Shown piece after piece: positions 54,394-64,000 of a DNA stretch of 64,000 nt. The position numbers and the translations under genes were made by a program. Position 1 is the first letter of the stretch; each line of letters opens with the position of its first letter. The DNA is taken from contig CAWISW010000003.1 in NCBI GenBank assembly GCA_963838925.1, positions 544,001-608,000 of the forward strand, in the 5' to 3' direction. Origin of the DNA: an uncultured Nitrososphaerota archaeon. Its GTDB lineage: Archaea > Thermoproteota > Nitrososphaeria > Nitrososphaerales > Gagatemarchaeaceae. Under the pieces are notes generated by a model. That model made no database searches and was not told the origin of the DNA. It saw only the letters and a list, made by a program, of their open reading frames with translations.

Positions 54394-56151
54394 CCGCAGA
54401 CGAGCGACTTCGAGGCGTACGCGCAGTCATTCGTCGACGGGCTGATTGACGCCGGCGTCAAGAACGCCGTGATCTGCCCAGGCTCGAGGTCGACGCCCAT
54501 CGCTATCGCGTTTGCAAAGAGGGCGGGCGACGTCAAGCTGTGGGTCCTCTACGACGAGAGGTCTGCAGCCTTCTTCGCCCTCGGGATGGCAAGGAGCTCC
54601 TCGCTCCCGGTGGCCATCGTCTGCACGTCTGGAACGGCGGCCGCAAACCTCTTTCCCGCTGTCGCCGAGTCCAAGCTGGCCCGCGCCCCCCTCATCGCGG
54701 TGACGGCCGACAGGCCCCCCGAGGCGCGAGACTTCGGCGGTGCCCAGACGATCGACCAGGTCGGCCTCTTCACCTCCCACGTGAAGTGGTCTCAGGACAT
54801 GCCCGTTGCTGCAGACTCCGACTCCCTCATCCGTTACGCCCGCCTTGTGGGCGCCCGCGCGTCGGACACCGCGAGGTCCGTCCCCCAAGGACCAGTCCAG
54901 GTCAACTTCTCGTTCAGGGAGCCCCTGGTGTCAGGCCCCTCGTCTCCTACGGGAGACGAGCCACGGAGCGGGGCCGGGATCACCGTCGTCGGCGCCAAGT
55001 CCTACGCAGATGATGAGGAGGTCAAACGCGCTGCCGAGAAGCTGAGGGCTCATCCCAAGGGAATCATTGTAGCCGGGCCCGGACACTACAGCGCTCCTTT
55101 GCGCGAAGAGCTCTCGAAGCTCTCCGAGCGGCTGGGCTGGCCCATCGTCGCGGACGTCCTCTCCAACCTGAGGCAGGACGGCGCGCTCCGCTCGGGGCTC
55201 GTGAGGTCATACGAGCCGCTGGTCCGCAGCGCGGGCTTCAAGGCGAACAGGCCCGAGTGCGTCGTGCGCCTGGGCGGGGTCCCCACCTCGAAGGAGTTGA
55301 ACTCCTTCTGCCAGGGCGTCCCGACCTTCCTGCTCGACGACGGGAACGGGTGGCGAGACCCAGACTTCGGGGCGTCGACCATGATATTCGGCGACCTCGA
55401 GCACTCGGTCTCCTGCCTGAGCGACGCGCTCGCGGGCTCGCGCGCACCCGCCTCGGACTGGCTGAACCTCTGGCTCAGCGCAGGGGCGGACGCCGAGGCC
55501 AGCGCGGAGTCGCTGATGGGGCCGATGGAGGAGCTGTTCGAGGGCAAGCTGTTCCACCTGCTGTCCAAGAACCTGGACCCCTCATCTCCGCTAACGGTCG
55601 TCGTTGGGAGCAGCATGCCGGTCCGCGACCTCGACTACTTCTTCCTCCGCGGCAGCAAGCACGTCCGATTCCTAGCAAACCGCGGTGCAAACGGGATCGA
55701 CGGGGTCGTTTCCACCGCCATGGGGGTCTCAGCCTCGGAGGGCAACGTCCTCCTGGTGCTGGGAGACATCTCGTTCTACCACGACATGAACGGCCTGCTG
55801 GCCTCAAAGCTCCACAAGCTCAACGCGACGGTCGTGGTCGTCAACAACAGGGGCGGCGGGATCTTCTCCTTCCTCCCCCAGCACTCCCTCCCCAAGGGCC
55901 TCTTCGAGAAGCTCTTCGGCGAGGCGCACGACCTCGACTTCTCTGGCGTCAGGCTGATCTACGGCGGCGAGTTCACCCGCGTCTCCGACTGGGACTCGTT
56001 CAACCGCGCGCTGGCGTCCGCCATCAAGGGAAAGGGGCTCAAGGTCATCGAGCTCATGTCCCCGGACAGGGAACGGAACCTAGAGCTGCACAAGAAGGCC
56101 TTCCAGGCGCTCTCCTGGTCTTCTTCCGCAACGAGGGAGGTGCCGCGGTGA
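54394..56151 (+). CDS. menD: SEPHCHC synthase; start anomalous
   Basis: CPGSRSTP, DERSAAFFALG, CTSGTAAAN, SMPVRD, NRGANGIDG and GD.SF.HD.N motifs. Homology extends upstream of the first GTG (54469) to the menF stop. Confidence 0.9.
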   Translation, partial: PQTSDFEAYAQSFVDGLIDAGVKNAVICPGSRSTPIAIAFAKRAGDVKLWVLYDERSAAFFALGMARSSSLPVAIVCTSGTAAANLFPAVAESKLARAPLIAVTADRPPEARDFGGAQTIDQVGLFTSHVKWSQDMPVAADSDSLIRYARLVGARASDTARSVPQGPVQVNFSFREPLVSGPSSPTGDEPRSGAGITVVGAKSYADDEEVKRAAEKLRAHPKGIIVAGPGHYSAPLREELSKLSERLGWPIVADVLSNLRQDGALRSGLVRSYEPLVRSAGFKANRPECVVRLGGVPTSKELNSFCQGVPTFLLDDGNGWRDPDFGASTMIFGDLEHSVSCLSDALAGSRAPASDWLNLWLSAGADAEASAESLMGPMEELFEGKLFHLLSKNLDPSSPLTVVVGSSMPVRDLDYFFLRGSKHVRFLANRGANGIDGVVSTAMGVSASEGNVLLVLGDISFYHDMNGLLASKLHKLNATVVVVNNRGGGIFSFLPQHSLPKGLFEKLFGEAHDLDFSGVRLIYGGEFTRVSDWDSFNRALASAIKGKGLKVIELMSPDRERNLELHKKAFQALSWSSSATREVPR

Positions 56152-56152
56152 G

Positions 56153-57007
56153 ATGCCCGAGCTGAAGGCGAGCAGAGGCAGGCCGGAAATCTGGTACGAC
56201 ACCTTTGGGAACCGCTCCGACGACCCGCTCGTCCTGCTCCACGGGTTCACGGGGACGCACCACACCTGGGACGCCCTGCGCGAGCGGCTCGGTGCGGCCA
56301 ACCTGCTGATCCTCCCAGACCTACCGGGCCACGGCAAGTCGGGCGTCTCTTCCTCGAGCGCCGAGATGGGCGTGCAGGCGACCTCCGACGCCGTGGCCGA
56401 GGTCGCAAGGCTCGCCTCCGGCGGGAGGAAGGCCGCGCTCCTCGGGTACTCCCTGGGGGGCAGAGTCGCCCTCGACCTCGCCTGCAGGCACCAAGGGCTC
56501 CTGAGCTGCCTCATCCTCGAGGGAGCCTCGCCCGGCATCGAGCGCGACGACGAAAGGCGTGCGAGGAGGGCCGAGGACGAGGCCCTGGCGGATGAGATAG
56601 AGAAGCGAGGGGTCGAGTGGTTCGTCGACCACTGGCAGGATACCCCACTCTTCGCGACCCAGAAGGAGCTCCCCGCGCCGATCTTCGAGGGGATAAGGCG
56701 CGACCGCCTCTCCAACTCCCCCCACGGCCTCGCGATGAGCCTCCGCGCCGCTGGCGTGGGAGAGATGGTCCCCCTCTGGAAGTCGATGGAGGCCGTCAGG
56801 ATACCTGTACTCATAGTGGTCGGGAAGAGAGACAAGAAGTACGCGGAGAGCGGCGAGGCCATGCGAAGGAGGATACCCGGAAGCGTCGTGGCGGAGGTGG
56901 AAGGCGCTGGGCACTGCGTCCACTTGGAGAAGCCCATGGAGTTCGCGGTCTTGGTGGAGCGGTTTCTCAAGGACCGCTCCGTGATGTTGCGGGCGGCGGA
57001 GGAGTGA
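56153..57007 (+). CDS. menH: SHCHC synthase
   Basis: LHGFTG, GYSLGGRVAL, SPG....R..R...D and D.K...AGH..H.E.P motifs. Confidence 0.9.
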   Translation: MPELKASRGRPEIWYDTFGNRSDDPLVLLHGFTGTHHTWDALRERLGAANLLILPDLPGHGKSGVSSSSAEMGVQATSDAVAEVARLASGGRKAALLGYSLGGRVALDLACRHQGLLSCLILEGASPGIERDDERRARRAEDEALADEIEKRGVEWFVDHWQDTPLFATQKELPAPIFEGIRRDRLSNSPHGLAMSLRAAGVGEMVPLWKSMEAVRIPVLIVVGKRDKKYAESGEAMRRRIPGSVVAEVEGAGHCVHLEKPMEFAVLVERFLKDRSVMLRAAEE

Positions 57008-57016
57008 GCCGGAGCC

Positions 57017-57886
57017 ATGCCCGCGCGTGTTGCGATGAAAAACAACGGCAGAGAAAAGCAGCGAAAGGCGCCGGGCGGCTGGGAGACGGTGAAGGAGTAC
57101 GAGGACATACTCTTCCAACGCAGAGGGGGGATCGCGAAGCTCACCATCAACCGGCCCAAGGTGAGGAACGCGTTCAGGCCTGAGACCCTCTTCGAGCTCT
57201 CAGACGCCTTCTCCACCGTCCGAAACGACCCGACCCTCGGCGTGGCCATCTTCACCGGCGCCGGGGACAAGGCGTTCTGCTCAGGAGGGGACCAGAGGGT
57301 CAGGGGTCACTCGGGCTATGTGGACAAGCAGGGAGTCCCCCGTCTCAACGTACTCGAACTCCAGAAGCAGATCCGGAGCCTCCCGAAGCCGGTGATCGCG
57401 ATGGTCGCCGGGTACGCCATCGGGGGCGGGCACGTCCTCCACCTCGTCTGCGACCTCACGATCGCCGCCGACAACGCGGTCTTCGGACAGACCGGCCCGA
57501 AGGTGGGCAGCTTCGACGCCGGATTCGGGGCGGGGCTCCTCGCGCGAATGGTGGGGCCCAAGAAGGCGAAGGAGATCTGGTACCTCTGCAGGCGATACGA
57601 CGCGCAGGAGGCCCTCGACATGGGCCTCGTGAACACGGTCGTCCCCCTCGCCCGCCTCGAGGAGGAGACCCTGAAATGGAGCGAGGAGATACTACAGATG
57701 AGCCCGACCGCCATCCGGCTGATGAAGGCGGCCTTCAACGCGGACACCGACGGCCTCGCCGGGCTACAAGAGCTCGCAGGGGACGCCACGATGCTATACT
57801 ACATGACGGAGGAGGCGAAGGAAGGGAGGGACGCCTTCCTCCAGAAGAGGAAGCCGAACTTCAAGAAGTATCCGTGGCTGCCTTGA
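57017..57886 (+). CDS. menB: 1,4-Dihydroxy-2-naphthoyl-CoA synthase
   Basis: [19 protein letters not shown] and [10 protein letters not shown] motifs. Confidence 0.97.
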   Translation: MPARVAMKNNGREKQRKAPGGWETVKEYEDILFQRRGGIAKLTINRPKVRNAFRPETLFELSDAFSTVRNDPTLGVAIFTGAGDKAFCSGGDQRVRGHSGYVDKQGVPRLNVLELQKQIRSLPKPVIAMVAGYAIGGGHVLHLVCDLTIAADNAVFGQTGPKVGSFDAGFGAGLLARMVGPKKAKEIWYLCRRYDAQEALDMGLVNTVVPLARLEEETLKWSEEILQMSPTAIRLMKAAFNADTDGLAGLQELAGDATMLYYMTEEAKEGRDAFLQKRKPNFKKYPWLP

Positions 57887-59481
57887 AGGAAGCACTAGGC
57901 AGGGAGGGACCGCAGGCGCCGGACTGGCTTCTTTGGCGGTCAGGCGTCTCCCCAGAGGCGCTGGCCGTGAAGGTCGGGTCGCTCGAGTGGTCCTACGGGG
58001 AGCTTCAGAAGCACGTGAGCACCCTCTCCGCAGCCCTCCTTTCGAAGGGGGTCGAGAGAGGGGGCAGGGTGGCCCTTCTCATGGCCCCCTCCGAGCGCTA
58101 CATCGCCATCGTGCACGCAATCGCGAGGGTCGGGGCGGTCGGCGTCCCCCTCAACCACAGGCAATCGACGCCCGAGCTGCTCGCCCAGCTAAGAGACTCG
58201 GCTCCCTCTCTGGTGGTCCATGACGGCTCCCTCGGCGACAGGACGAAGGAGCTCAAGGCTGCCTCCCCAAGCGGCAGGGGCAAGGCGAAGGGAGCAACCC
58301 ATCGGCCCCGATGGGTGCTCGCGGCTGAGCTCGCGCACGGAGCGGCCTCGGCTCGCGCGAAACGGATCCCAGGCGACCAACTCGACCTCGCCGCCCCGCA
58401 CGCCATCATCTACACCTCGGGCTCGAGCGGGGCCCCGAAGGGCGTCGAGCTCACGCTCTCGAACCTCATGTGGAACGCGATATCGGTGGGGTTCCGGACA
58501 GGCGCATCCCCCAAGGACAGATGGCTGCTGTGCATGCCCCTCTTCCACGTGGGAGGGTACGCCATCATCTTCCGCAGCGTCCTGCACGGGAGCGGGATGG
58601 TGTTGCACCCCAAGTTCGACCCGAAGCTCGTCTCTAGGTCGCTCGACGTCGACGGGGTAACCATGGCCTCCTTCGTCCCCACGATGCTCGCCGACCTGCT
58701 CGAGGCCCGAGGAGGCAAGCCCTTCGACCCGAGGGTGAGGCTCATCTTCCTCGGTGGCGGCCGCCCGCCAGCCAAGCTGGTCACGGCCATCAGGGAACGC
58801 CGGCTCCCAGTGCTGTTGACCTACGGCATGACGGAGACCTGCTCCCAGGTTGCCGTCTCGAACGCCTGGTTGTCCTCGGATGGACCCGCCTACAAGCCGG
58901 TCTTCCCCAGCGAGGTCGCCGTGATGAGGCCGGTGAGAAATGCCCGCCCGTCCTTCGCGGAGCCAGACGAGGTCGGCGAGGTGGCGGTGCGAGGGCCGAC
59001 CCTCTTCAAGGGCTACTGGCGGAAGCCGAAGCTCACTGCCGACCGGCTGAGGGGCGGGTGGTTCTTCACCGGCGACCTCGGGAAGCTCCAGCGCAGCGCG
59101 TCGCTGCACGGACGGACCGCGGGCGGGATCGTGATACTAGGCAGGAGGGAGGAGACGATAGTCAGCGGAGGGGAGAAGGTCTTCCCGGCAGAGGTCGAGT
59201 CGGCTCTTCGAGACCACCCCGCGGTGAGGGACGCGGTGGTGTTCGGCGTCGACGACGAGAGGTGGGGCCAGAGGGTCGTGGCTGTCGTCGAGGCCAACTC
59301 GGAGCTCCCGAGCGGCCGACCAACAGCGTCGGAGCTCAGCACCTTCCTGAGGGAGAGGGTGGGTCGCTACAAGATACCGAAGGAGTACCACTTCTTGGCA
59401 GCGTTTCCCCGCACCCACACTGGCAAGACGAGGAGGGCGGCGGTCCGTCTGCTCCTCGAGGGCAGGGTGGGCCAAAGCTGA
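57883..59481 (+). CDS. menE: o-Succinylbenzoate--CoA ligase
   Basis: [28 protein letters not shown] and TGDLG motifs. TTG start overlaps the menB stop. Confidence 0.92.
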   Translation: MKEALGREGPQAPDWLLWRSGVSPEALAVKVGSLEWSYGELQKHVSTLSAALLSKGVERGGRVALLMAPSERYIAIVHAIARVGAVGVPLNHRQSTPELLAQLRDSAPSLVVHDGSLGDRTKELKAASPSGRGKAKGATHRPRWVLAAELAHGAASARAKRIPGDQLDLAAPHAIIYTSGSSGAPKGVELTLSNLMWNAISVGFRTGASPKDRWLLCMPLFHVGGYAIIFRSVLHGSGMVLHPKFDPKLVSRSLDVDGVTMASFVPTMLADLLEARGGKPFDPRVRLIFLGGGRPPAKLVTAIRERRLPVLLTYGMTETCSQVAVSNAWLSSDGPAYKPVFPSEVAVMRPVRNARPSFAEPDEVGEVAVRGPTLFKGYWRKPKLTADRLRGGWFFTGDLGKLQRSASLHGRTAGGIVILGRREETIVSGGEKVFPAEVESALRDHPAVRDAVVFGVDDERWGQRVVAVVEANSELPSGRPTASELSTFLRERVGRYKIPKEYHFLAAFPRTHTGKTRRAAVRLLLEGRVGQS

Positions 59482-60347
59482 AGCTGGGCCAGTTCGTCAG
59501 GCTCATCCGCGTACCTACCCTCGCGGCCACGGCCGTCCCCATGATGGTCGGCGGCGCCCTGGCAACCAACAGCGGGAGATTCGGCCTCGCGAGCTGGCTC
59601 GACATCCTGCTCGTGGCGCTGCTCATGCAGATCGCGACCAACGCCCTCAACGAATACGGCGACTACCGCCACGCGGTGGACACCGTGCCCTCGGCTGGGT
59701 TCGCAGGGATAATCGTCTCGGGCGAGGTCCGCGCGAGCGAGGTCCTCTACACGGCTTCAGCGTGCTACGGGCTGGCCTTCGTCCTCGGGATACTGCTCGT
59801 CCTCGAAAGAGGGGTCGCGCTCCTCGTCCTCGGCGTCGTCGCCATCCTGGCGGGCGTCCTCTACTCCGAGGGCCCCCTCCCGGTCTCCTCGACCCCGTTC
59901 GGAGAGGTGCTCGTAGGCGTGATAATGGGGCCCATCGAGGTGGTCTCCGCGAACATCGCCGCCTCGGGAGCCTACGCTTCGCTCTCGCTCACCTACTCGA
60001 TCCCGGTCGGGCTGATGGTGACCTCAATCCTCCTCGCGAACAACCTTCGGGACGTTGACAAGGACCGAGAGCACGGGCGCAGGACGATTGCCGTCATGGT
60101 CGGGAGGAGGCGCGGCTCGATCATCCTGCTCGGTCTCATCGCCTCGGCCTTCCTCTGGTCGGTGCCCGCGTTCCTCATCTACTCCGCGCCGACCTCCGTC
60201 TTCCTGCTGTGGCTCGCGCTCCCGGTCGCGGTCAAGGGCTGCGCGGAGCTCATGGAAGGAAAGGCTTGGGACAACTCGGTGACGGTGGTGGCGAGGATCC
60301 ACGTCCTCGTCGGGCTGCTGCTCGCAGTTTCGCTTCTGAAGATCTAG
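59478..60347 (+). CDS. menA: DHNA prenyltransferase (UbiA family)
   Basis: R..TL, N.LNEY.D....D and ANNLRD...D...GRRT motifs. Probable CTG start overlapping the menE stop. Confidence 0.9.
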   Translation: MKLGQFVRLIRVPTLAATAVPMMVGGALATNSGRFGLASWLDILLVALLMQIATNALNEYGDYRHAVDTVPSAGFAGIIVSGEVRASEVLYTASACYGLAFVLGILLVLERGVALLVLGVVAILAGVLYSEGPLPVSSTPFGEVLVGVIMGPIEVVSANIAASGAYASLSLTYSIPVGLMVTSILLANNLRDVDKDREHGRRTIAVMVGRRRGSIILLGLIASAFLWSVPAFLIYSAPTSVFLLWLALPVAVKGCAELMEGKAWDNSVTVVARIHVLVGLLLAVSLLKI

Positions 60348-60362
60348 GAGGGCAGGGCCGCT

Positions 60363-60788
60363 CTACATCGCGTCGAGGGCCTTCGCGTCTTCGTCGGCGA
60401 CCTTGACGAAGGAGTCCTTGGCCCGCCCCTTGATGAAGAAGCCCATGGCCCCGAACTCCATCTCAGCCCAGTAGTGCATCTCCGTGCCCGTCGGGACCTG
60501 CTTGAGCTCGATGGTTATCTTGCTGCCCTTCCCGTCGCCCTCAAGCGTGTCGACCACGAACTTGTTGTTCGCGCTGTCCCACACCATCGTGTTGACGGCC
60601 TTCAGCTTCCTTCCCATCATCTCCATCTGCTGCTCGAGCTTGACGGTGTTGCCGTCCCTGCTGATTATCTTGACGTCCTTCACAAAGTCGGGGTGAACCT
60701 TAGGCAGGTTCTCCGGATGCGAGTAGTATTCGATCGCCTTGCTGAGGGGAGCCTTCGTCTGCTTGACCACGTCGTACTTGGTGGGCAT
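60363..60788 (-). CDS. SRPBCC/START-like protein
   Basis: AP......Y..PENLPKVHP pattern in a 141-aa beta-rich ORF. Confidence 0.7.
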   Translation of the reverse strand: MPTKYDVVKQTKAPLSKAIEYYSHPENLPKVHPDFVKDVKIISRDGNTVKLEQQMEMMGRKLKAVNTMVWDSANNKFVVDTLEGDGKGSKITIELKQVPTGTEMHYWAEMEFGAMGFFIKGRAKDSFVKVADEDAKALDAM

Positions 60789-60985
60789 AACGTTTCTCCG
60801 CCTTTCGCATTATATAACGAGTTGGCCGCTGGCGCTCGGGCGACCGCGCTGACGCTGCCGAACCACCAAGAAGGAAGCCCCCCGCGACCTGGACGGAGTC
60901 GGTCGTCGGCCTGCGTAGCCGATTGAGCAGAAGTGGTGTATATTACACACCAGCTTTAAATAACGCACTGATTCGGTGCAGAACG

Positions 60986-61348
60986 ATGTCCAACAATGTG
61001 GAGTCCGCTCAGCAAGGCTTCGTCGTAGCCGCGAAGACGAGCGATGTCGTTGAGGGTTCAATGGTCGGTTTAACGGTCGCTGGCAATCAGATTCTGCTCT
61101 CACGCATAGGCGGCATGTTCTATGCGACGGATGCGATTTGCTCTCACTTCTACGGCTACCTACCAAAGGGCGCGCTCAAAGAAAACATCGTGATTTGCCC
61201 CGTCCACAAAGCCCAATACAATGTCCACACAGGGAAGGTCGTCAAGAACGTCAACGGGCTGTTGAAGCTCGCCACCGGTCGGCAAGCCACGGACTTGCGC
61301 ATCTATGAAGTCCGCCTTGCAGGCGACAGCATTCTAATCAAGGTCTAG
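60986..61348 (+). CDS. Rieske-type ferredoxin
   Basis: CSH...L..G......CPVH..Y...TG motif. Confidence 0.92.
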   Translation: MSNNVESAQQGFVVAAKTSDVVEGSMVGLTVAGNQILLSRIGGMFYATDAICSHFYGYLPKGALKENIVICPVHKAQYNVHTGKVVKNVNGLLKLATGRQATDLRIYEVRLAGDSILIKV

Positions 61349-61466
61349 TCAGGATCGACTGATTCACTCGATTTCAAGGCGACACAACTTTGGTGCTTGC
61401 GTATTGGGGTAACCGCTCCCATCGCAAACCGGCGAGAAGGGAAAAGAGGCCAGTGGATTGTCAAAG

Positions 61467-64000
61467 ATGAGCGCCAACCATTCGCGGTTTGACTCCCTGA
61501 ACGGCTTCATCAGGAAGAGGCGTCGGGTGGTTATCATGGTCTGGGTGCTTGCCCTAGTGCTCTCGGCTCCGCTCATCGCGAGTTTCTTCTCGTCAATCTC
61601 ATTTAACGTCGCCAATGGGGGCGCCGCCCTCACCGTCCCGAACTCGGAGTCGGAGAGGGCCCAGACGATAGTCAGCGCCCAGTTCCCCGCGAGCAACGTT
61701 GCCGCTGGTGCAGGTCCGATAATCGTGGTGTTCCAGAACCAGGACGTCTACTCGAGCTCTGTCAAGGCGGACATCCTCTCGCTGAACCGGACGCTCGGCT
61801 CGGACTTCAAATCGGCAGGCTTCACGGGTGTCGTGGGCCTTTACTCTGAGGAGGGAAGCCTGCTAGATTCTACGGTCCCGGTCTACCTGGCCCAGATAGC
61901 GCAGATGCCTGGCTCCGCAAATGGCACGGTGGCGTGGGACGCCGCTGTGCAGGTCTTCGTCAACGAGACCTCAAGCGCGTTCGCATCATCTCCGCTCTTC
62001 ACGGTAAACGCCTCGTCGCTCTACGGCCTTCTCTCCGGACTGAACCCCAGCAGCACCCCCAGCCAGGTCCGGGCATCGGTCGCAAACATCCTCTCGGCAG
62101 GCAGCCTCGCAGACTATCCCTACAGGCTCTCATCTTCCATCACGAAGGACTTCGTGAGTCCCGACAACAGGACGATGATCTTCCAACTGGGCTTCTCGTC
62201 AACGCCCAACGCCAGCGTTATCACCCAGACGCGAGCGGCGGTGCACAGCTCTAGCCTATCTCAACTCGGGACCATCTACGTCACCGGTGCTCCGGTCCTG
62301 ACGGTGGACTTCGCCAACACCGCCCAGCCCGCTCTGGGCGACAGCATCGTGCCCGGCATTGCCATTTCCCTTCTCGTCGCCGGGCTTCTGTTCCTCTCGC
62401 CCGTGGCCGCCTTGCTTCCGCTCCTGATCGGCGGCCTCGCGGTCGGGATATCGCTCGGCGCGGTGTATGGCCTTGTGGTCGTAGTCCAGCAGGGCCAGAT
62501 CAATTTCGCCGTCCCGTTCCTCATGATTCTGACGATGCTGGGCCTTGCGGTGGACTACTCCGTGCTGCAGCTGAGAAGGACGAAGGAAGAGCGGGCCAAG
62601 GGCAAGTCCCTGGAAGAGAGCGTGGCCATTTCCGTGAGGTGGGCGGGGCAGGCCATCCTTACTGCGGGGTCGACCGTGGTCGTGGCCTACGTCGTCCTGT
62701 CGGTGACCAACGTGCCCTTCTTTGGAAGCGTGGGGACGGCGATCGCCATCGGGGTGGTCATCCTGCTGGCGGCGTCGCTCACGCTGATGCCGGCTCTCGA
62801 GCTGATGATGGGCGACAGGCTCTTCTGGCCGAACCGCGGAAGGCTGACACGGCAGAGCCGCATCGGCAAGGGTCGGTTGGAGAAGGTGGCCGAAGCGACC
62901 ATGCACCGAAGGGTCGCGATCGTAGTGGTGTTCACGCTCTTGGCCGTGGGTTCGTTCTACGTGGCCTACGAGACGCCAACCGGGATCGACATTACGAAGC
63001 TGATCCCGAACTTCGAGAGCAACCAGGGACTCACGGCGATTACCAACAACCTCGGAGGGTCGGTCGTCGCGCCGACACAGATCGTCGTGACGTTCCCGTC
63101 CCCAGTCGTCTACGGCCAGGACCAGTTCAACCAAACCCTGCTCAAGCAGCTGGATGCGGTCTCGTCGACCATCTCGAGTTCCGGCGGGGTAGCCAGCGTC
63201 AGCGGCCCGACGCGGCCCTACGGCGCTCCGTTCAACTATACCCACCTGGGGGTCCTCTCGCCTCCGGTCAGGTCGCAATACCTGATCGGCATCCTTTCGC
63301 AGATTGGGAAAGACAACAGGACGGCGCTCATCACGGTCGGGCTCTCCGTGTCGGCGCAGAGCTCGAAGGCGGTCTCCGACCTGACGGGTATCGAGGCGGC
63401 CGTCAGCGGCATCCCGCTCCCCGCGGGCACCACGGTCTACTTCGGCGGGTCCACGCAGTCCACTGTCGACTCACTGAACCTCATAAACGGGGTTCTCCCT
63501 CTGGTAGTGCTGATCCTTGCGCTCGGGGTGTTCTTCATCCTCTTCGCCCAGCTGCGCTCCGTCTTTACGCCCCTGCGCCTGATCTTCACCATCCTCTGCA
63601 GCGTCGCCTTCGCCCTGGCTTTGCTCTCGATCGCGTTCTACTACCTGCTTCAGACGCCGGTCGTGAGCCTCGCCCCGCTGTTCGTCATCGTCACGATGCT
63701 GGGGGTAGGCATAGACTACGACATATTCCTCGTCACCAGGATCAGAGAGGAGGCGGTGGCCGGGATGTCAGACCGCGACGCAATCAAGACGGCGGTGAGC
63801 AAGATATGGGTCACGCTCGTCGGCCTGGGCCTGATACTGTCGAGCGTCTTCGCGTCTCTGGCAGCGAGCGGGATAGGCCTGCTCGAGGAGATAGGGGTCA
63901 GCGTCGCCTCTGCCATCATGGTCGATGTCGGGCTGGTCATCCTGTTCTTTGTGCCCGCTCTGATGGCGATTGCGCAGAAGTACAACTGGTGGCCGACAAA
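61467..64000 (+). CDS. MMPL/RND-family transporter (partial, runs off the window end; absent from the ORF track)
   Basis: ATG at 61467, N-terminal TM, P.SES.RA, LG..VDY in the first repeat, LGVGIDYDIFLVTRIREE in the second, ending NWWP. Confidence 0.92.
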   Translation, partial: MSANHSRFDSLNGFIRKRRRVVIMVWVLALVLSAPLIASFFSSISFNVANGGAALTVPNSESERAQTIVSAQFPASNVAAGAGPIIVVFQNQDVYSSSVKADILSLNRTLGSDFKSAGFTGVVGLYSEEGSLLDSTVPVYLAQIAQMPGSANGTVAWDAAVQVFVNETSSAFASSPLFTVNASSLYGLLSGLNPSSTPSQVRASVANILSAGSLADYPYRLSSSITKDFVSPDNRTMIFQLGFSSTPNASVITQTRAAVHSSSLSQLGTIYVTGAPVLTVDFANTAQPALGDSIVPGIAISLLVAGLLFLSPVAALLPLLIGGLAVGISLGAVYGLVVVVQQGQINFAVPFLMILTMLGLAVDYSVLQLRRTKEERAKGKSLEESVAISVRWAGQAILTAGSTVVVAYVVLSVTNVPFFGSVGTAIAIGVVILLAASLTLMPALELMMGDRLFWPNRGRLTRQSRIGKGRLEKVAEATMHRRVAIVVVFTLLAVGSFYVAYETPTGIDITKLIPNFESNQGLTAITNNLGGSVVAPTQIVVTFPSPVVYGQDQFNQTLLKQLDAVSSTISSSGGVASVSGPTRPYGAPFNYTHLGVLSPPVRSQYLIGILSQIGKDNRTALITVGLSVSAQSSKAVSDLTGIEAAVSGIPLPAGTTVYFGGSTQSTVDSLNLINGVLPLVVLILALGVFFILFAQLRSVFTPLRLIFTILCSVAFALALLSIAFYYLLQTPVVSLAPLFVIVTMLGVGIDYDIFLVTRIREEAVAGMSDRDAIKTAVSKIWVTLVGLGLILSSVFASLAASGIGLLEEIGVSVASAIMVDVGLVILFFVPALMAIAQKYNWWPT

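Noticed and set aside
60825-60925. GC-rich intergenic stretch as a possible ncRNA
   Set aside because: It shows only short pairings, with no recognisable SRP, RNase P, C/D box or riboswitch motif.
1-64000. CRISPR array, rRNA, transposase or integrase
   Set aside because: I saw no repeat-spacer periodicity, rRNA signatures or recombinase motifs.

Overview
This is a GC-rich archaeal chromosomal segment. TATA-box promoters, tRNAs with short hairpin introns and archaeal-type Hsp20, PurD and HMG-CoA reductase support this. A Nitrososphaerota-like lineage is an inference. It holds five intron-containing tRNAs, housekeeping and stress genes, ABC exporters, a copper ATPase, and a classical menaquinone cluster (menC; menFDHBEA). 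Four things stand out. (1) A palindrome, consensus GATTCTCA-N4-TGAGAATC, recurs about 11 times, always 9-11 nt upstream of a TATA box. It defines a candidate activator regulon whose gene content (USPs, Hsp20, CBS, PRTase plus hydrolase, pncB) resembles the mycobacterial DosR dormancy set. (2) A free-standing HTH-LAGLIDADG homing endonuclease sits antisense within the 3' end of HMG-CoA reductase. It appears to have supplied a new C-terminus, and the displaced original 41 codons are still present beyond it. (3) A duplicated tRNA 5' end flanks an AT-richer orphan ORF next to tRNA-Ala(GGC). (4) menD lacks a canonical start codon and is in frame with menF across a single TGA. All product calls come from recognising motifs by eye; no database search was run.
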